A stretch of DNA of 63,908 bases, filler included, from Craspedostauros australis (Eukaryota): assembly GCA_030167865.1 (NCBI GenBank). It is 12 parts of 12 records of this genome, joined end to end, with 100 filler letters (N's around TTAATTAATTAA, not from the genome) between each part and the next. Parts side by side here need not be neighbours in the genome. Positions count along the whole stretch, not along the records: positions 62,210 to 63,908 come from JALAGF010005565.1; 11 more parts are not named here. One strand, given 5' to 3'. Of this stretch, positions 62,210 through 63,908 are shown piece by piece (position 1 is the stretch's first letter; each line of letters begins with the position of its first letter). Under the pieces are notes generated by a model. The model was not told the DNA's origin. It searched no databases and saw nothing but the letters and a program-made list of their open reading frames with translations. The translations under genes were made by a program, and so were the position numbers.

Positions 62210-63908
62210 AGCTCGAACGCAACGAAGACGACGAAGACGGAGTATGGGGATTCCAAGGCATCATCGGCCACGAAGGACCTCTCACTCCGAACGTCAAGAC
62301 CTACAAGGGGTCCCGATACAATGTCATTGTACAATGGGATGACGGATCAACAACATCCGAACCACTCTCCACCATGTTNNNNNNNNNNNNNNNNNNNNNN
62401 NNNNNNNNNNNNNNNNNNNNNNNNNNNNNNGATCAGCCTGGATGGAAACGGCTGAAGAAGCTCTCTGACCGACAGGCTCGAATGGAGCGCAAGACCTCCA
62501 TCAACAAGGCCAAGAAACACACCAACGCACCCATCTACCAGTTTGGTGTTCAGGTACCACGCAATCACCAAGAAGCCGTACGCCTCGACAAACGCAACGG
62601 CAACACGCTCTGGGCAGATGCAGAACGTACCGAGATGGAACAGCTCTTCGGATATGAGACATTCCGATCACTCGGCAAGACCAAGACCATTCCAGATGGA
62701 TACCAACAGATCCGGCTGCAATGGGTCTACGCGGTCAAGCACGACCTCCGACACCGAGCACGATGTGTGGCTGGTGGCCACCTGACGGATCCATGCAAGG
62801 ACTCCTCCTACGCCGGAGTTGTCAGCTTGCAGTCACTCCGAATCGCCCTCCTCGCTGGCGAACTGAACGGACTCAAGACCATGGTCGGCGATATCGGCAA
62901 CGCCTACCTGGAGGCATACACGAAGGAGAAGATCTGCTTCGTAGCCGGCGACGAGTTCGGGGAGCACGCAGGCCACATGCTCACGATNNNNNNNNNNNNN
63001 NNNNNNNNNNNNNNNNNNNNNNNNNNNNNNNNNNNNNNNNNNNNNNNNNNNNNNNNNNNNNNNNNNNNNNNNNNNNNNNNNNNNNNNNNNNNNNNNTGGA
63101 TGCGTGATGCAGGTCCGCACTGGGAATACGTATGTGTATACGTAGACGATCTCATGGCGGTCATGTCTGACCCACGCTCCTTCTTCGACACTCTCACTTC
63201 GCAGTATGGCTACAAGCTCAAGGGTGTCGGTCCCATCTCTTACCATCTAGGAGCAGACTTTGGAAGAGACAGCGACGGCACANNNNNNNNNNNNNNNNNN
63301 NNNNNNNNNNNNNNNNNNNNNNNNNNNNNNNNCTTCGGATATGAGACATTCCGATCGCTCGGCAAGACCAAGACCATTCCAGACGGATACCAACAGATCC
63401 GACTGCAATGGGTCTACGCGGTCAAGCACGACCTCCGACACCGAGCACGATGTGTGGCAGGTGGTCACCTGACGGATCCATGCAAGGACTCCTCCTACGC
63501 CGGGGTTGTCAGCTTGCAGTCACTCCGAATCGCCCTACTCGCTGGCGAACTGAACGGACTCAAGACCATGGTCGGCGACATTGGAAACNNNNNNNNNNNN
63601 NNNNNNNNNNNNNNNAAGATCTGCTTCGTAGCCGGCGACGAGTTCGGGGAGCACGCAGGCCACATGCTCACGATTGTCAAGGCGCTCTACGGCCTCCGGA
63701 CATCCGGAGCTCGCTTCCACGAAGCACTGGCAGATACCCTCCGAGACATGGGCTTCCAGCAGTGCAGATCTGACCCCGATGTGTGGATGCGTGATGCAGG
63801 TCCGCACTGGGAATACGTATGTGTATACGTAGACGATCTCATGGCGGTCATGTCTGACCCACGCTCCTTCTTCGACACTCTCACTTCGCAGTATGGCTAC
63901 AAGCTCAA
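62210..63908 (+). mobile_element. Ty1/copia RT region, same lineage as 44953-49020, in overlapping contigs
   Basis: GIIGHEGPL...YNVIVQWDDGSTTSEPL; YQFGVQVPRN; WVYAVKHDLRHRARCVAGGH; GDIGNAYLEA; KALYGLRTSG; WEYVCVYVDDL. Confidence 0.92.

Overview
Eukaryotic nuclear DNA, most likely from a diatom or related stramenopile. Support: GT-AG introns, bipartite plastid presequences with an A-x-A/G|F/W cleavage motif, and diatom-type Ty1/copia elements. The window is not one locus. It is a concatenation of 12 draft scaffolds joined by N-runs containing an artificial all-frame stop linker TTAATTAATTAA (11 copies), so synteny across linkers means nothing, and many apparent duplications across internal N gaps are overlapping contig ends. 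Host genes: a PGAP1-like alpha/beta hydrolase, a membrane-anchored ATPase-only Hsp70 (HSPA13/STCH-like), an Amt1 ammonium transporter, a 17-repeat ankyrin protein, an EamA/DMT fragment, a secreted CIA30-domain protein, a sulfotransferase-like protein, a plastid NFU protein with an extra GIY-YIG-like N-terminal domain, EMC7, a long disordered protein, and an ankyrin-coiled-coil-BTB gene plus a pseudogenised paralog. Mobile DNA: six Ty1/copia segments of several lineages, a piggyBac-like transposase, and a solo LTR with a 6-bp TSD. Best leads: (1) an ANK-coiled-coil-BTB family whose near-identical repeats vary mainly at the binding surface, like a natural DARPin library; (2) the GIY-YIG-like/NFU fusion; (3) a ~330-aa unknown cargo region with an in-frame TGA between integrase and RT of a young copia element. 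All calls come from reading motifs by eye; no database searches were run.
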